Source: a virus (lineage: Duplodnaviria > Heunggongvirae > Uroviricota > Caudoviricetes). Taken from it: DNA of 64,000 bases. The notes under the pieces are model-generated. The model was not told where the DNA came from. It worked only from the letters and a program-made list of their open reading frames with translations, and searched no databases. Location of the stretch: the IMG/VR virus record IMGVR_UViG_3300045988_142422. One strand, written 5' to 3'. This document shows, in pieces, positions 30,401 through 38,999 of the stretch (position 1 is the stretch's first letter; every line of letters begins with the position of its first letter). The position numbers and the translations under genes are program-made.

Positions 30401-30929
30401 AATCAACGTACTCATGACACGTATGGCGGCTGAAATGGGCTTGGGTGAGGAGTTGATACGCCCGACTATTGGTATTAAACCCAAAATCATGATCATTCTG
30501 GACAATGCGAACGGCAATGACGCTCGTACCGGCTACTTCATGGAGAACGGATACGACGACTTTAAGGCAAAACTACTGACAGTTGGAGATCTGCGCATGG
30601 GCGATCTTTATGTCACGGGTGTTTGTAAGAAGGTTAAGGACAAAGAGAAAGACTATACCAAAGACGAGATAGGCCAGTTCACAGACTTTATGCGGGAAGA
30701 AATTAATCTTGTACGACCAACCTACATTTTGACGTGTGGTAGTCGTTCAACCGCACTATTTAACAATAAGAGTAAACCATCAGATCTGATTGGTCGTAAG
30801 GAGTACTTCCCAGAGCTTGATGCAACCGTCTTCTACGGATTTAACCCGAATATCCTGTACTTCCGACCGGAAGAAGGAGAGCGACTGGAGGCCATTCTGG
30901 CTGATATCGCGGAGACAATAAATAAGTAA
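27411..30929 (+). CDS. dnaE: DNA polymerase III alpha-type (DnaE family) replicative polymerase
   Basis: 1172 aa; PHP-like N-terminus; palm motif [36 protein letters not shown]...PDADLDF. Confidence 0.85.
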   Translation: [1172 protein letters not shown]

Positions 30930-30935
30930 TAAAGA

Positions 30936-30960
30936 AAACCCGCCTGTTGGCGGGTTTATA
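30936..30960. terminator. Rho-independent terminator after dnaE
   Basis: AAACCCGCC-TGTT-GGCGGGTTT then TATAAAG. Confidence 0.8.
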
Positions 30961-31232
30961 AAGAATTATGGCGCTTGTTGAGGAAGTCACTCCTCTTACG
31001 CACTTTGTTTTGCCATGCCGGCAGTTAGCTTCTGCCTTTGACTATTCATGCGGCAACCCCGCATTTCGCCACAATGGGCAATTCACTTTTATGGAATAAA
31101 CTGGCCGTTGTGTCGATTTAATTAGCATGGCCTTACCATGCTAATTTATTCAACTTGTACAATCCTACAAATCTATCCACTCAGGCTTACACCGTCTTCG
31201 TTATTGTAGAAATGAGGATCATCAGCGTTGAA

Positions 31233-31448
31233 TCAGCTTAGAGCAACGACATTTGCTGCTGCTGGGCCTTTAGCCCCATTCTCGATAGAGAATTCGACCT
31301 GCTGGCCTTCTTCCAAAGTGCGGAAATTATTACTCTGAATTGCCGAAAAATGTACAAAAACATCTTTACTGCCATCAGCAGGAGAAATAAAGCCAAAGCC
31401 TTTATCAGAGTTAAACCATTTTACTAAACCAGTCATTTTATTAGACAT
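31233..31448 (-). CDS. cspA: Cold-shock protein (CspA family)
   Basis: [38 protein letters not shown]... near-identical in pattern to enterobacterial CspA; track ORF extended upstream of true start. Confidence 0.95.
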   Translation of the reverse strand: MSNKMTGLVKWFNSDKGFGFISPADGSKDVFVHFSAIQSNNFRTLEEGQQVEFSIENGAKGPAAANVVALS

Positions 31449-31777
31449 AGATATTACCTTCTTAATTTTGTGAGCCACATAGTGCGGCGAGAATTTGATC
31501 TGTATAGATTGGGACTTACTTAGGCACTTAAGGAGGAGACTCACGAAGAAGGGAAATCAGAAGATAACACTGAACTGAGACTGCTTTACTAAAACTGCTT
31601 ACATAAGGTCTGTCTTGCAAACCAACGATGCTATTAACGCATACCCCTTCTTTTCATGCAACCTTTATTTTTCAAAGATAACTAATTTTTGTCACCATTG
31701 GTTTAGTAAACGTTAACGAACCAGACGATGCCAGACACCTTTACAGAGAACAGATGCCCGCCAATTGGCGGGCATCA

Positions 31778-32341
31778 TTATGCGCATTTCGCAATATCTT
31801 TGCGGCGTTTAATCAGTTTCTCCGCAATTTGCTCTATTTCGTTGAAATCTTTCGAGACGCTGTTTCGAAGCGCCAGATTCCATTTACTCAAAGTTCGGGC
31901 ATTTTGGACAATTTGATCGCCCTCTTTAAGTCGTCCGTTATTCATGAGCCATTCAGCCACATCAGCCCAATCCCAGAGAGGAGACTGGCCTTTTATGCGT
32001 TGTACAGGGCAAGGGAAGTCGCCGCTTCCGCGCTTACCGTCTTTGAGCAACGCCACTGCCTGGCGAGACAGGTCTGTCAGTTCCGCGATATCGCTTAAGC
32101 CCACAAGAGCCGAGTCGACGGATTCAACAATTGCACCGATACCGGCTGATTCAATATTGTCGACCGCAGATGCGATAGCTGCATCAAGTGATTGTGCTTC
32201 GCGGTCAAATTCTACATAGACGGAGTTTCCATATGCGCAAATTAGCGCATCGTCACAGCCGTTTTGGTACAGCGCGTCTTCCAGTCCTTCCGTCTCATAC
32301 GATACGCCTGAGAGCGTCAGAGTGAAGTTATAAAGCGCCAT
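31778..32341 (-). CDS. Two-domain protein with C-terminal AlpA-like HTH
   Basis: Start at ATG preceded by AAGGAAA; C-terminal IAELTDLSRQAVALLKDGKRG...FPCPVQRI...WDWADVAEWL resembles AlpA/excisionase-type HTH; N-terminal domain unassigned. Confidence 0.5.
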   Translation of the reverse strand: MALYNFTLTLSGVSYETEGLEDALYQNGCDDALICAYGNSVYVEFDREAQSLDAAIASAVDNIESAGIGAIVESVDSALVGLSDIAELTDLSRQAVALLKDGKRGSGDFPCPVQRIKGQSPLWDWADVAEWLMNNGRLKEGDQIVQNARTLSKWNLALRNSVSKDFNEIEQIAEKLIKRRKDIAKCA

Positions 32342-32401
32342 AGTTTTCCTTTGAAGATAGTTGGACAGTTTCTGCAAAAGGCGGCTAATGCCGCCTTGAA
32401 A

Positions 32402-32626
32402 TCATTTACAACGATCAACCATTCGTTTGATCTGTTTGGCATGGTTTTCGGGATTACCCGGAGTCGACCATACGCTCATTTGGTGAGTTTTGTGTTCACC
32501 TTCTGGATTACCGCATCGCAGTCTGCAAAAACAATGTGCAGCACCACCAGCTGCTACCCAGATCCAGCCTTTACTTAATGCATAGTCAATGGCTGCTTGA
32601 ATATGCTTATTCGGATGTTGCTTCAT
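32402..32626 (-). CDS. Small Cys/His-containing protein (74 aa), possible toxin-like partner
   Basis: Immediately upstream of the AlpA-HTH gene on same strand; weak HicA-like pattern GW...H.F...P...K.I.K; unverified. Confidence 0.35.
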   Translation of the reverse strand: MKQHPNKHIQAAIDYALSKGWIWVAAGGAAHCFCRLRCGNPEGEHKTHQMSVWSTPGNPENHAKQIKRMVDRCK

Positions 32627-32880
32627 TCGCCTCCGATAATAGTATTCTATTCACAGTGTTGACATCTGTCAACGGCGACTGAATTTCATCCGTTCATGCC
32701 ACCCCCCCATCCATCTCATGTATGTGACCTAAAGATGGTCAGCACAGCTTACCAAAATAAGACAACTAATTATCTTCGGTGATCTCAATATTTTCCCCTG
32801 AACAAAGTTGACATGACGCCATAAACCCGTTCTCTGTTTGATATAATTGATACAGATTTTATAAGTAGGAACCTATTAGA

Positions 32881-33312
32881 GTGAACACTGATATTTTTTC
32901 TAAAATCATGGCCGATCTGGAGTTCGACCGCGACAACCTTGAGGAAGTATGGCGTAAACAGCCACGGCTTTTAATGGAGTATGGGTCAAAACTAGCGCAG
33001 GCAGATCGAGATGTCGCAGAGGCAAAACTTAACCTTGAAGCTGTTGAAGCAAAGCTATACGACACAGAGCGTAAGAACTTGAGTATGAACGGCATTAAGT
33101 TCAACGAGTCTGTACTGGACGCTAAGGTTAAAACAAACCCACAGTATCTGTCTAAACGGCAGAAGTTGGATGAAGCACGGCACATCGCAGACATATACAA
33201 ACATGCTGTCGCCGCCTTTTCGCATCGCCGAGACATGATCGTTCAGGCGTCAAAGATGGCCATCGTTGAATTAGAGCGATTAGGCTCTGAACGCTTTATT
33301 ACTCCCCGTTGA
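32881..33312 (+). CDS. Hypothetical protein (candidate recombination mediator by position)
   Basis: 143 aa coiled-coil-rich ORF (GTG start) immediately upstream of gp32-like SSB; no motif verified. Confidence 0.4.
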   Translation: MNTDIFSKIMADLEFDRDNLEEVWRKQPRLLMEYGSKLAQADRDVAEAKLNLEAVEAKLYDTERKNLSMNGIKFNESVLDAKVKTNPQYLSKRQKLDEARHIADIYKHAVAAFSHRRDMIVQASKMAIVELERLGSERFITPR

Positions 33313-33317
33313 TTTTT

Positions 33318-33346
33318 GATAGATAATAAGTAAGTACTGATCTATC
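33318..33346. promoter_or_regulatory. Palindromic motif B copy (GATAGAT...ATCTATC)
   Basis: 7-bp arms flanking AATAAGTAAGTACTG, 84 nt upstream of SSB gene. Confidence 0.4.
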
Positions 33347-33429
33347 ATTTAACAGCTCGAAAGAGCCACGAATGAACGAAAGCCCAACGCGCATAGCGCC
33401 ATCGGCCAAATCACAACAAGGAGAAACAC

Positions 33430-34458
33430 ATGTCTAAGACATTACTTGATTTGCTTAACAAAACTCGTGAAGACATTGCCGCCAAACGTGGCAACAACGT
33501 TGATCTGACTCGCTTAAAAGACGGCGTCAACTATATCCGCATCTTCCCGAATAAAGACGACCCAAACGGTAAGTTCTTCCAGACTTTCGGTATGCACTAC
33601 GTTAAGTATCAGAACGAGGAAGGTAAAGAAGCAACCAACGCTTATATTTGTGAGCAACATACTCACGGTCGCGCTTGTCAGCTATGCGAAATGGTTATGG
33701 AAGGTCGCGCTCGTCACAAGGGTAACAAAGCAATGGAAGAACGCATCGGTCAAATGCGTGCCACTCCTCGCTACCTGGTCAACGGCATTCTTTCTGCTCG
33801 TGAGGATTTCGCAGATGCTGAGAAATGCCAGTTAATCGAGCTGCCGTCTACTGTATTCGATGATATCTGCAAAGCAATCACCGAAGACATCGCTGATGAT
33901 ATCGGCAATCCACTGAGCAAAGAGGAAGGCTACGCATTCCTGATTAAACGTACTGGCTCTGGTCGCGATACCAAATATGACGTCTCGCCTAAGCGTAAAG
34001 TCTACAAAGGCGATATCGAAGATAAATTCTGGAACACCCAGCATGATCTGATCGCATACGCAAATCAGGCTGATGAAACTCGTCTTCTGTCGACAGTTCG
34101 CACTATGGGTCGTCTGATTGGCATCGCTGCACCAACTGCCGCAGCATCTGCACCAGCAATTTCCTCAACCGCGAAAACATCGGCTGCGGCACTACCTGGA
34201 TTTGGCTCTGTCACTGGTCATACGGAGGGTGCGACTGCTGTAGCAACCGCTCACACCCCAGCTTCTGAACCAACCAGTCTGGTTGATGAAGAAATCCTCC
34301 GTGCCGTTGAAACTGAATTTAAACCAGAAGCAAGTTCCGCTGCCGTTGCCGTATCAGTCAAAGAGTCTGAAGCAGTCGCAGCGACATCTGTAGCAGCCGC
34401 ATCTGCGACGGAAGATGAAGGTCTGGATGACCTACTGAGAGAGCTGGACTCTCTGTAA
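33430..34458 (+). CDS. Single-stranded DNA-binding protein, T4 gp32-like
   Basis: Zinc-binding pattern CEQHTHGRACQLC; N-terminal IRIFPNKDD; acidic C-terminal tail DEGLDDLLRELDSL. Confidence 0.7.
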   Translation: MSKTLLDLLNKTREDIAAKRGNNVDLTRLKDGVNYIRIFPNKDDPNGKFFQTFGMHYVKYQNEEGKEATNAYICEQHTHGRACQLCEMVMEGRARHKGNKAMEERIGQMRATPRYLVNGILSAREDFADAEKCQLIELPSTVFDDICKAITEDIADDIGNPLSKEEGYAFLIKRTGSGRDTKYDVSPKRKVYKGDIEDKFWNTQHDLIAYANQADETRLLSTVRTMGRLIGIAAPTAAASAPAISSTAKTSAAALPGFGSVTGHTEGATAVATAHTPASEPTSLVDEEILRAVETEFKPEASSAAVAVSVKESEAVAATSVAAASATEDEGLDDLLRELDSL

Positions 34459-34474
34459 TCCCATTACGTGACCA

Positions 34475-34504
34475 GTAAGGCGTCTACGGACGCCTTACTT
34501 TTTG
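34475..34504 (+). terminator. Rho-independent terminator after SSB gene
   Basis: GTAAGGCGTC-TACG-GACGCCTTAC then TTTTT; lies inside the track ORF 34468..35463, arguing for a later start. Confidence 0.75.
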
Positions 34505-34518
34505 GAAGGAATGTACCG

Positions 34519-35463
34519 GTGAATTATCTCTTCGTAGATGGCAATAGCCTGGGTTATTACCACCAACAATCTGACAAATTGCACAACGGCGAAATGGAAG
34601 TACAGGCTGCTTTCGGCTTTGTTAAGAACGTCCGTCGTTATGCCTCCATCCTCCATGCCCGACCTATGATTCTTTGGGATGGATTTAGTGACAAGCGTCG
34701 CGACTTTTACCCGGACTACAAAGCAAATCGCGACGACGATCCTGATATGAAAAAGATGAAGGAAGGCTTTGCTATCCAGAAGCCATACATCCTCAAAATG
34801 ATGACCGCGCTTGGAGTTACCCAACTCATTGCAAAAGATGCAGAAGCGGATGATCTGGCCGGGCTGCTGGTATCCCGCATGGCACCGCAGCCAACCGTTG
34901 AACACATCTATCTGTTAACAGGCGATAGCGACTGGCTTCAGTTAGTTCGTGAAAACGTAAGCTGGGTAAGCCTGCGTGAAGACGCCAAAAACAAGCAGGT
35001 TAATTTTGAGCAATTTGCGGAGCTGACAGGATTCGCCACGCCTCGCGCATTTTTGGAAGCAAAAGCATTACAAGGCGATAACTCGGACAACATTAGCGGT
35101 GTTGGTGGCATTGGTGCTGGCGGTGCGAAAGAGCTGCTGCATGAATGGGGAAGTGTCGCAACGATGGTACGCGGCATCAACGACGGCTCAATCGTGGTTA
35201 ATAAAGGGCGTCATAAGACCGCCTTCAACAAACTAGCGAAGAATGCCTTCAACGAGAAAACAGGCTGTCGAATGCTCGAAGCGTTCAAGAGAAACATCAC
35301 GCTAATGAACCTGATTGAGACGAAGTTTCCGCCTACCGAAATCGAAACAATCAAAGGCAATCGTGACGTGAAAGCATTCGAGCAACTGTGCTACGAGCTG
35401 AATTTCCGTTCGTTCCTTGAAGACCTTGAAGTGTTTGTTCTTCCATTCGAAAGGTATTGCTAA
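34519..35463 (+). CDS. 5'-3' exonuclease / flap endonuclease (T4 RNase H-like)
   Basis: GTG start after GGAAGG; N-terminus VNYLFVDGNSLGYY typical of 5' nuclease family. Confidence 0.7.
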   Translation: MNYLFVDGNSLGYYHQQSDKLHNGEMEVQAAFGFVKNVRRYASILHARPMILWDGFSDKRRDFYPDYKANRDDDPDMKKMKEGFAIQKPYILKMMTALGVTQLIAKDAEADDLAGLLVSRMAPQPTVEHIYLLTGDSDWLQLVRENVSWVSLREDAKNKQVNFEQFAELTGFATPRAFLEAKALQGDNSDNISGVGGIGAGGAKELLHEWGSVATMVRGINDGSIVVNKGRHKTAFNKLAKNAFNEKTGCRMLEAFKRNITLMNLIETKFPPTEIETIKGNRDVKAFEQLCYELNFRSFLEDLEVFVLPFERYC

Positions 35464-35729
35464 TGCTTAAATCGATTATCAATGGCGCTACAACCACCCC
35501 TGCCCAACTGGCAAAAGAGATTGTCTTTTATCACGGTGAGTACGCTGTCATCGCACTGCCGTCAATTCTAGGCGCTGCCGGAATGAAAGCGACAGATCGC
35601 GAGTTTGGATTAGTCAGCGAGCAGGTCGTAAAAATCCTCGCTCGTGTATCCAGACTCCTTAACCACGATGCGATTGTATTCGATGAATCCGCCGCTTTAA
35701 AACGAATCAACGAAACAAAAGGAGCCTGA
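35457..35729 (+). CDS. Hypothetical small protein
   Basis: 90 aa ORF overlapping upstream stop. Confidence 0.4.
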   Translation: MLMLKSIINGATTTPAQLAKEIVFYHGEYAVIALPSILGAAGMKATDREFGLVSEQVVKILARVSRLLNHDAIVFDESAALKRINETKGA

Positions 35730-35731
35730 TC

Positions 35732-36805
35732 ATGGCAAAAGGAAAATCCGCACTGGCACTTGCTCTGAAAAAGAAAATCGGTAGCAACGACGAAATTCAG
35801 AAAGTAACTCATTGGATTGATACAGGCTTTCCACCGTTAAACAAAGCTATTTCTGGTCGTTACGATGGCGGCTTCCCATGTGGTCGTATCGTCGAAGTAT
35901 TCGGTCCTCCAAGTGCAGGGAAAACGTTCCTTGCAACAGCAGCGATGATCTCCGCTCAAAAACAAGATGGTCTGGCGGTATTCCTCGATCATGAAAACAG
36001 TTTTGACGTTGGCCTGGCTGTCGCCAATGGCCTGAACGCAGATGAGGATGACGGTCAGTGGGTATACAAGCAGCCAGATACCTTCGAAGACTCTGTAGAG
36101 TTGATCGGCACAATACTTAAATTGGTTCGTGATGAAGAGCTTATCCCCGAATCAGCACCTATCTGTATCGTGGCTGACTCTCTTGCGTCTATGGTTCCGA
36201 ACTCCAAAGCCGAGAAGTTCGAAAAGATGGCTGAAGGCACTGCCAAAGACAAAGATCAGCTAAACATGAACGACAATACGGCACTGGCTCGTGCGACGAG
36301 TGCGAACTTCCCTACTCTGGCTTTGTGGGCACGCAAATACAACGCCTGCATCATCTTCTTGAATCAGGTTCGCACAAAAATCGGTGTAATGTTTGGCGAC
36401 CCTACTACGTCGCCAGGTGGAGATTCACCGAAGTTCTACGCTTCTGTACGTATCCGTCTTGGTGCATCGGTGATGAAGGATGGTAAAGAGAAGATCGGCC
36501 AGGACGTAGGCGCAGAATGCATCAAAAACAAAGTTGCACCACCGTATGGCAAATGCACCTGGAAATTCTACTTCGATCCTACTCGTGGCCTCGACGTTAT
36601 CGAATCGCTCGTCGAGTACATGCTGGAAGAAGGATACCTGCCAAAGAACGCCAGCGGGCGAGTTGAAATTGGTGACAAGAAATACACCAAATCGCAGATC
36701 GTTGAGATGTATCGGGAGAAGCCACTGGCTGAAATCATTGCGGCTTTACAGGCAATCGACGACCGAAGAGCAAAAGACAACCCCACCGAGTCAGTAGAAG
36801 AGTAA
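35732..36805 (+). CDS. RecA/UvsX-like recombinase
   Basis: Walker A FGPPSAGKTFLA, 357 aa. Confidence 0.75.
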   Translation: MAKGKSALALALKKKIGSNDEIQKVTHWIDTGFPPLNKAISGRYDGGFPCGRIVEVFGPPSAGKTFLATAAMISAQKQDGLAVFLDHENSFDVGLAVANGLNADEDDGQWVYKQPDTFEDSVELIGTILKLVRDEELIPESAPICIVADSLASMVPNSKAEKFEKMAEGTAKDKDQLNMNDNTALARATSANFPTLALWARKYNACIIFLNQVRTKIGVMFGDPTTSPGGDSPKFYASVRIRLGASVMKDGKEKIGQDVGAECIKNKVAPPYGKCTWKFYFDPTRGLDVIESLVEYMLEEGYLPKNASGRVEIGDKKYTKSQIVEMYREKPLAEIIAALQAIDDRRAKDNPTESVEE

Positions 36806-36810
36806 ACACA

Positions 36811-36836
36811 AGGCGTCCACAGGACGCCTTTTTTAT
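36811..36836 (+). terminator. Rho-independent terminator
   Basis: AGGCGTCC-ACA-GGACGCCT then TTTTTTATC. Confidence 0.8.
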
Positions 36837-36897
36837 CTCTTGAAAGTATATAAGTACTTACTTATTATTTTCACATAACAACCACATAGGAAAACAC

Positions 36898-37098
36898 ATG
36901 ATCAAAATCTATCTATTGGCAGTAGCCACAGGCCTTTCAGTGGCTCTCATCTACGGTTTACTGGTTCCGTCGCTGATTTCTACCAAGAGTGATTTAGCCG
37001 TCATGTTTGGAGTTATCGTTGGTTTTGGTGCTCCTGTAATCGGTCTTATTGCTGGTCGTAAGTTTATCAACTCATTAATCAAAGCAAAGGGGAAATAA
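36898..37098 (+). CDS. Small two-helix membrane protein
   Basis: 66 aa, almost entirely hydrophobic; ATG after AGGAAAACAC; 3 nt before SPFH gene. Confidence 0.5.
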   Translation: MIKIYLLAVATGLSVALIYGLLVPSLISTKSDLAVMFGVIVGFGAPVIGLIAGRKFINSLIKAKGK

Positions 37099-37101
37099 GT
37101 A

Positions 37102-37932
37102 ATGAAGAAAGGTTTACTTGCAGTTGCTCAGGCGGCTATTTGCACAATGGGTCTTACTGGCTGCGATCGCGTGGAGCCTGGATACGTTGGCATCAAAGTA
37201 AACAAATTAGGTGAAGACAAAGGGATTGGTGAAGTGGTTGGCGTTGGTCGCCAATGGACAGGTCTTAACACCGAACTTTACGTATTCCCGACCTTCAAAC
37301 AAATGAAGACCTACGACGAGCCGTTCACATTCCAGATGAGTGACGGTACTGCTATTGGTCACAAAATTGGCGTTGCGTATCTGGTTAATCGTGACAAGGT
37401 AACGACGGTGTTCCAGACCTATCGCAAAGGCGTAGACGATATCACCGAATCAGATCTGCGTCAGAAAATTGCCGACTCTCTAAACCGTTTGGCCAGCCGT
37501 ATGACCACTGACTCATTTATCGACGGTGGTAAGGCACAATTGCTGGACAACGCACTGAAAGATATTCAGAAAGAGATGTCTCCGGTTGGTATTGAGGTAC
37601 TGAGCCTGTCATGGGTTGGAAAGCCTGATTACCCAAAAACTGTCATTGAATCTATTAACGCCAAAGTAACGGCTAACCAGCGTACTCTGCAACGTCAGCA
37701 GGAAGTTGAACAACGTAAAGCTGAGGCGAATATGCTACGTGAACAGGCTAATGGTGAAGCTGATGCTATCCGTGCTCGTGCGCAAGCAGAAGCAGACGCC
37801 ATTCGTCTGCGCGGTGAAGCTCTGCGTCAAAACCCGAACGTTATGGAACTGGAAGCCATCAATAAATGGAATGGCCAGTTACCGCAGTACATGACTCAAG
37901 GGGCTAACACTCCTTTCATTACAGTGAAATAA
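37102..37932 (+). CDS. SPFH/band-7 (stomatin/prohibitin-like) lipoprotein
   Basis: Lipobox LTGC; band-7-like core with C-terminal Ala/Arg/Glu coiled coil. Confidence 0.6.
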   Translation: MKKGLLAVAQAAICTMGLTGCDRVEPGYVGIKVNKLGEDKGIGEVVGVGRQWTGLNTELYVFPTFKQMKTYDEPFTFQMSDGTAIGHKIGVAYLVNRDKVTTVFQTYRKGVDDITESDLRQKIADSLNRLASRMTTDSFIDGGKAQLLDNALKDIQKEMSPVGIEVLSLSWVGKPDYPKTVIESINAKVTANQRTLQRQQEVEQRKAEANMLREQANGEADAIRARAQAEADAIRLRGEALRQNPNVMELEAINKWNGQLPQYMTQGANTPFITVK

Positions 37933-37948
37933 CTCCCCTAAAAAGTTC

Positions 37949-37974
37949 AGGCGTCCAGTTGGACGCCTTTTTTA
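37949..37974 (+). terminator. Rho-independent terminator (same stem as 36811 copy)
   Basis: AGGCGTCC-AGTT-GGACGCCT then TTTTTTATC. Confidence 0.8.
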
Positions 37975-37994
37975 TCGCAATTATCTTATTAAGA

Positions 37995-38007
37995 AAACAA
38001 TTTGTTT
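37995..38007. promoter_or_regulatory. Palindromic motif A copy (AAACAATTTGTTT)
   Basis: 16 nt upstream of ATG 38024. Confidence 0.4.
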
Positions 38008-38023
38008 AAAAGGATAAGAAAAC

Positions 38024-38449
38024 ATGACAGCTATTAAGAAACTCTACGATGCCGCAAACGTGGCTCTGGATGTTATTGATGATGAAGCAGCAAAAGGCTT
38101 TCCTGAACCTGATTGGGCGCATCAGCTACGAAACGCTATCGCAGAAATGACCCCACCAGATCCAACCCCCGAGGAGACAGACTGGCAGCGATTCATCCGT
38201 ATGTACGCTCAGGAAATAGGTCCAACGCCAACGGCAGAGCAGGCAATGCTGCTGAAATACTTCAAAGAGGCGGGAGAGGATTTACCAATTGATGACTCAG
38301 CATATTGGTTCCACTGCGCATGGCGTAAGTATGACGTGATATTCACACAAGGCATGGGAAGCAAAGATATGGTTGTGTGGCATCTACTCCATATAGACAC
38401 AGCCGTTGACAGAGTTATTGAACAGTTTTTCCCTAAACAAGAAGATTGA
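38024..38449 (+). CDS. Hypothetical protein
   Basis: 141 aa ORF with canonical upstream context. Confidence 0.5.
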   Translation: MTAIKKLYDAANVALDVIDDEAAKGFPEPDWAHQLRNAIAEMTPPDPTPEETDWQRFIRMYAQEIGPTPTAEQAMLLKYFKEAGEDLPIDDSAYWFHCAWRKYDVIFTQGMGSKDMVVWHLLHIDTAVDRVIEQFFPKQED

Positions 38450-38504
38450 TCGCCTATTCATAACTAACAAAATAAGTAAACACTAACCACAAAAGGAAAA
38501 ACAC

Positions 38505-38780
38505 ATGAGAGTTTTAGTTCGAATCGTTACCAGCACTGTCTATGACGTGTTTCCGCTTTTTATGGTCAAAGCCGATGGCCTTAACGACGAAGAAACTGAC
38601 GCGCTGATCCAGCGTATTCTCGTTGAATATACAGGTCATGACGCTGATTCAGTGATGGTTGATGATGATGGTGTTTGTTGGCATAACGGCAACTGTTGGT
38701 ACGTAGAAGAGACTCAACAAATCAGTGATGAAGATGCCGAACATCTTGAGCGTATTTTAAGCATCAGCACTTTTGAGTGA
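38505..38780 (+). CDS. Hypothetical acidic small protein
   Basis: 91 aa; ATG after AAAGGAAAAACAC. Confidence 0.5.
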   Translation: MRVLVRIVTSTVYDVFPLFMVKADGLNDEETDALIQRILVEYTGHDADSVMVDDDGVCWHNGNCWYVEETQQISDEDAEHLERILSISTFE

Positions 38781-38820
38781 GTTTACAGTAAAATTTATAT
38801 AAGTTAGTATCTACCTATCA

Positions 38821-38999
38821 TGAAGATTTTTATTGAATACTTGTTACTCATCGTTTCAATAGCTTTTGTCATCGACTGCATTTTCACTGGTGTCATTCGT
38901 AAAGTCTTTTCCCCGGTGCACGACGTAGTCATAAACGCTTTGGCTATCGTGCTCGTATTTAATTCAGCATTTGATGTAATCAAAGAGGTGGCAGCATGA
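38821..38999 (+). CDS. Small membrane protein (58 aa)
   Basis: Not in ORF track (under 60 aa); hydrophobic; stop overlaps start of 38996 ORF (ATGA). Confidence 0.3.

Noticed and set aside
31728-32219. Plus-strand ORFs 31754..32098, 31728..31916 and 31944..32219
   Set aside because: They are antisense to the AlpA-HTH gene, which has a recognisable domain and proper start context.
34468-34518. ATG 34468 as start of the 5' nuclease gene
   Set aside because: This segment forms a strong terminator hairpin with T-run; GTG 34519 with upstream GGAAGG gives the expected N-terminus.
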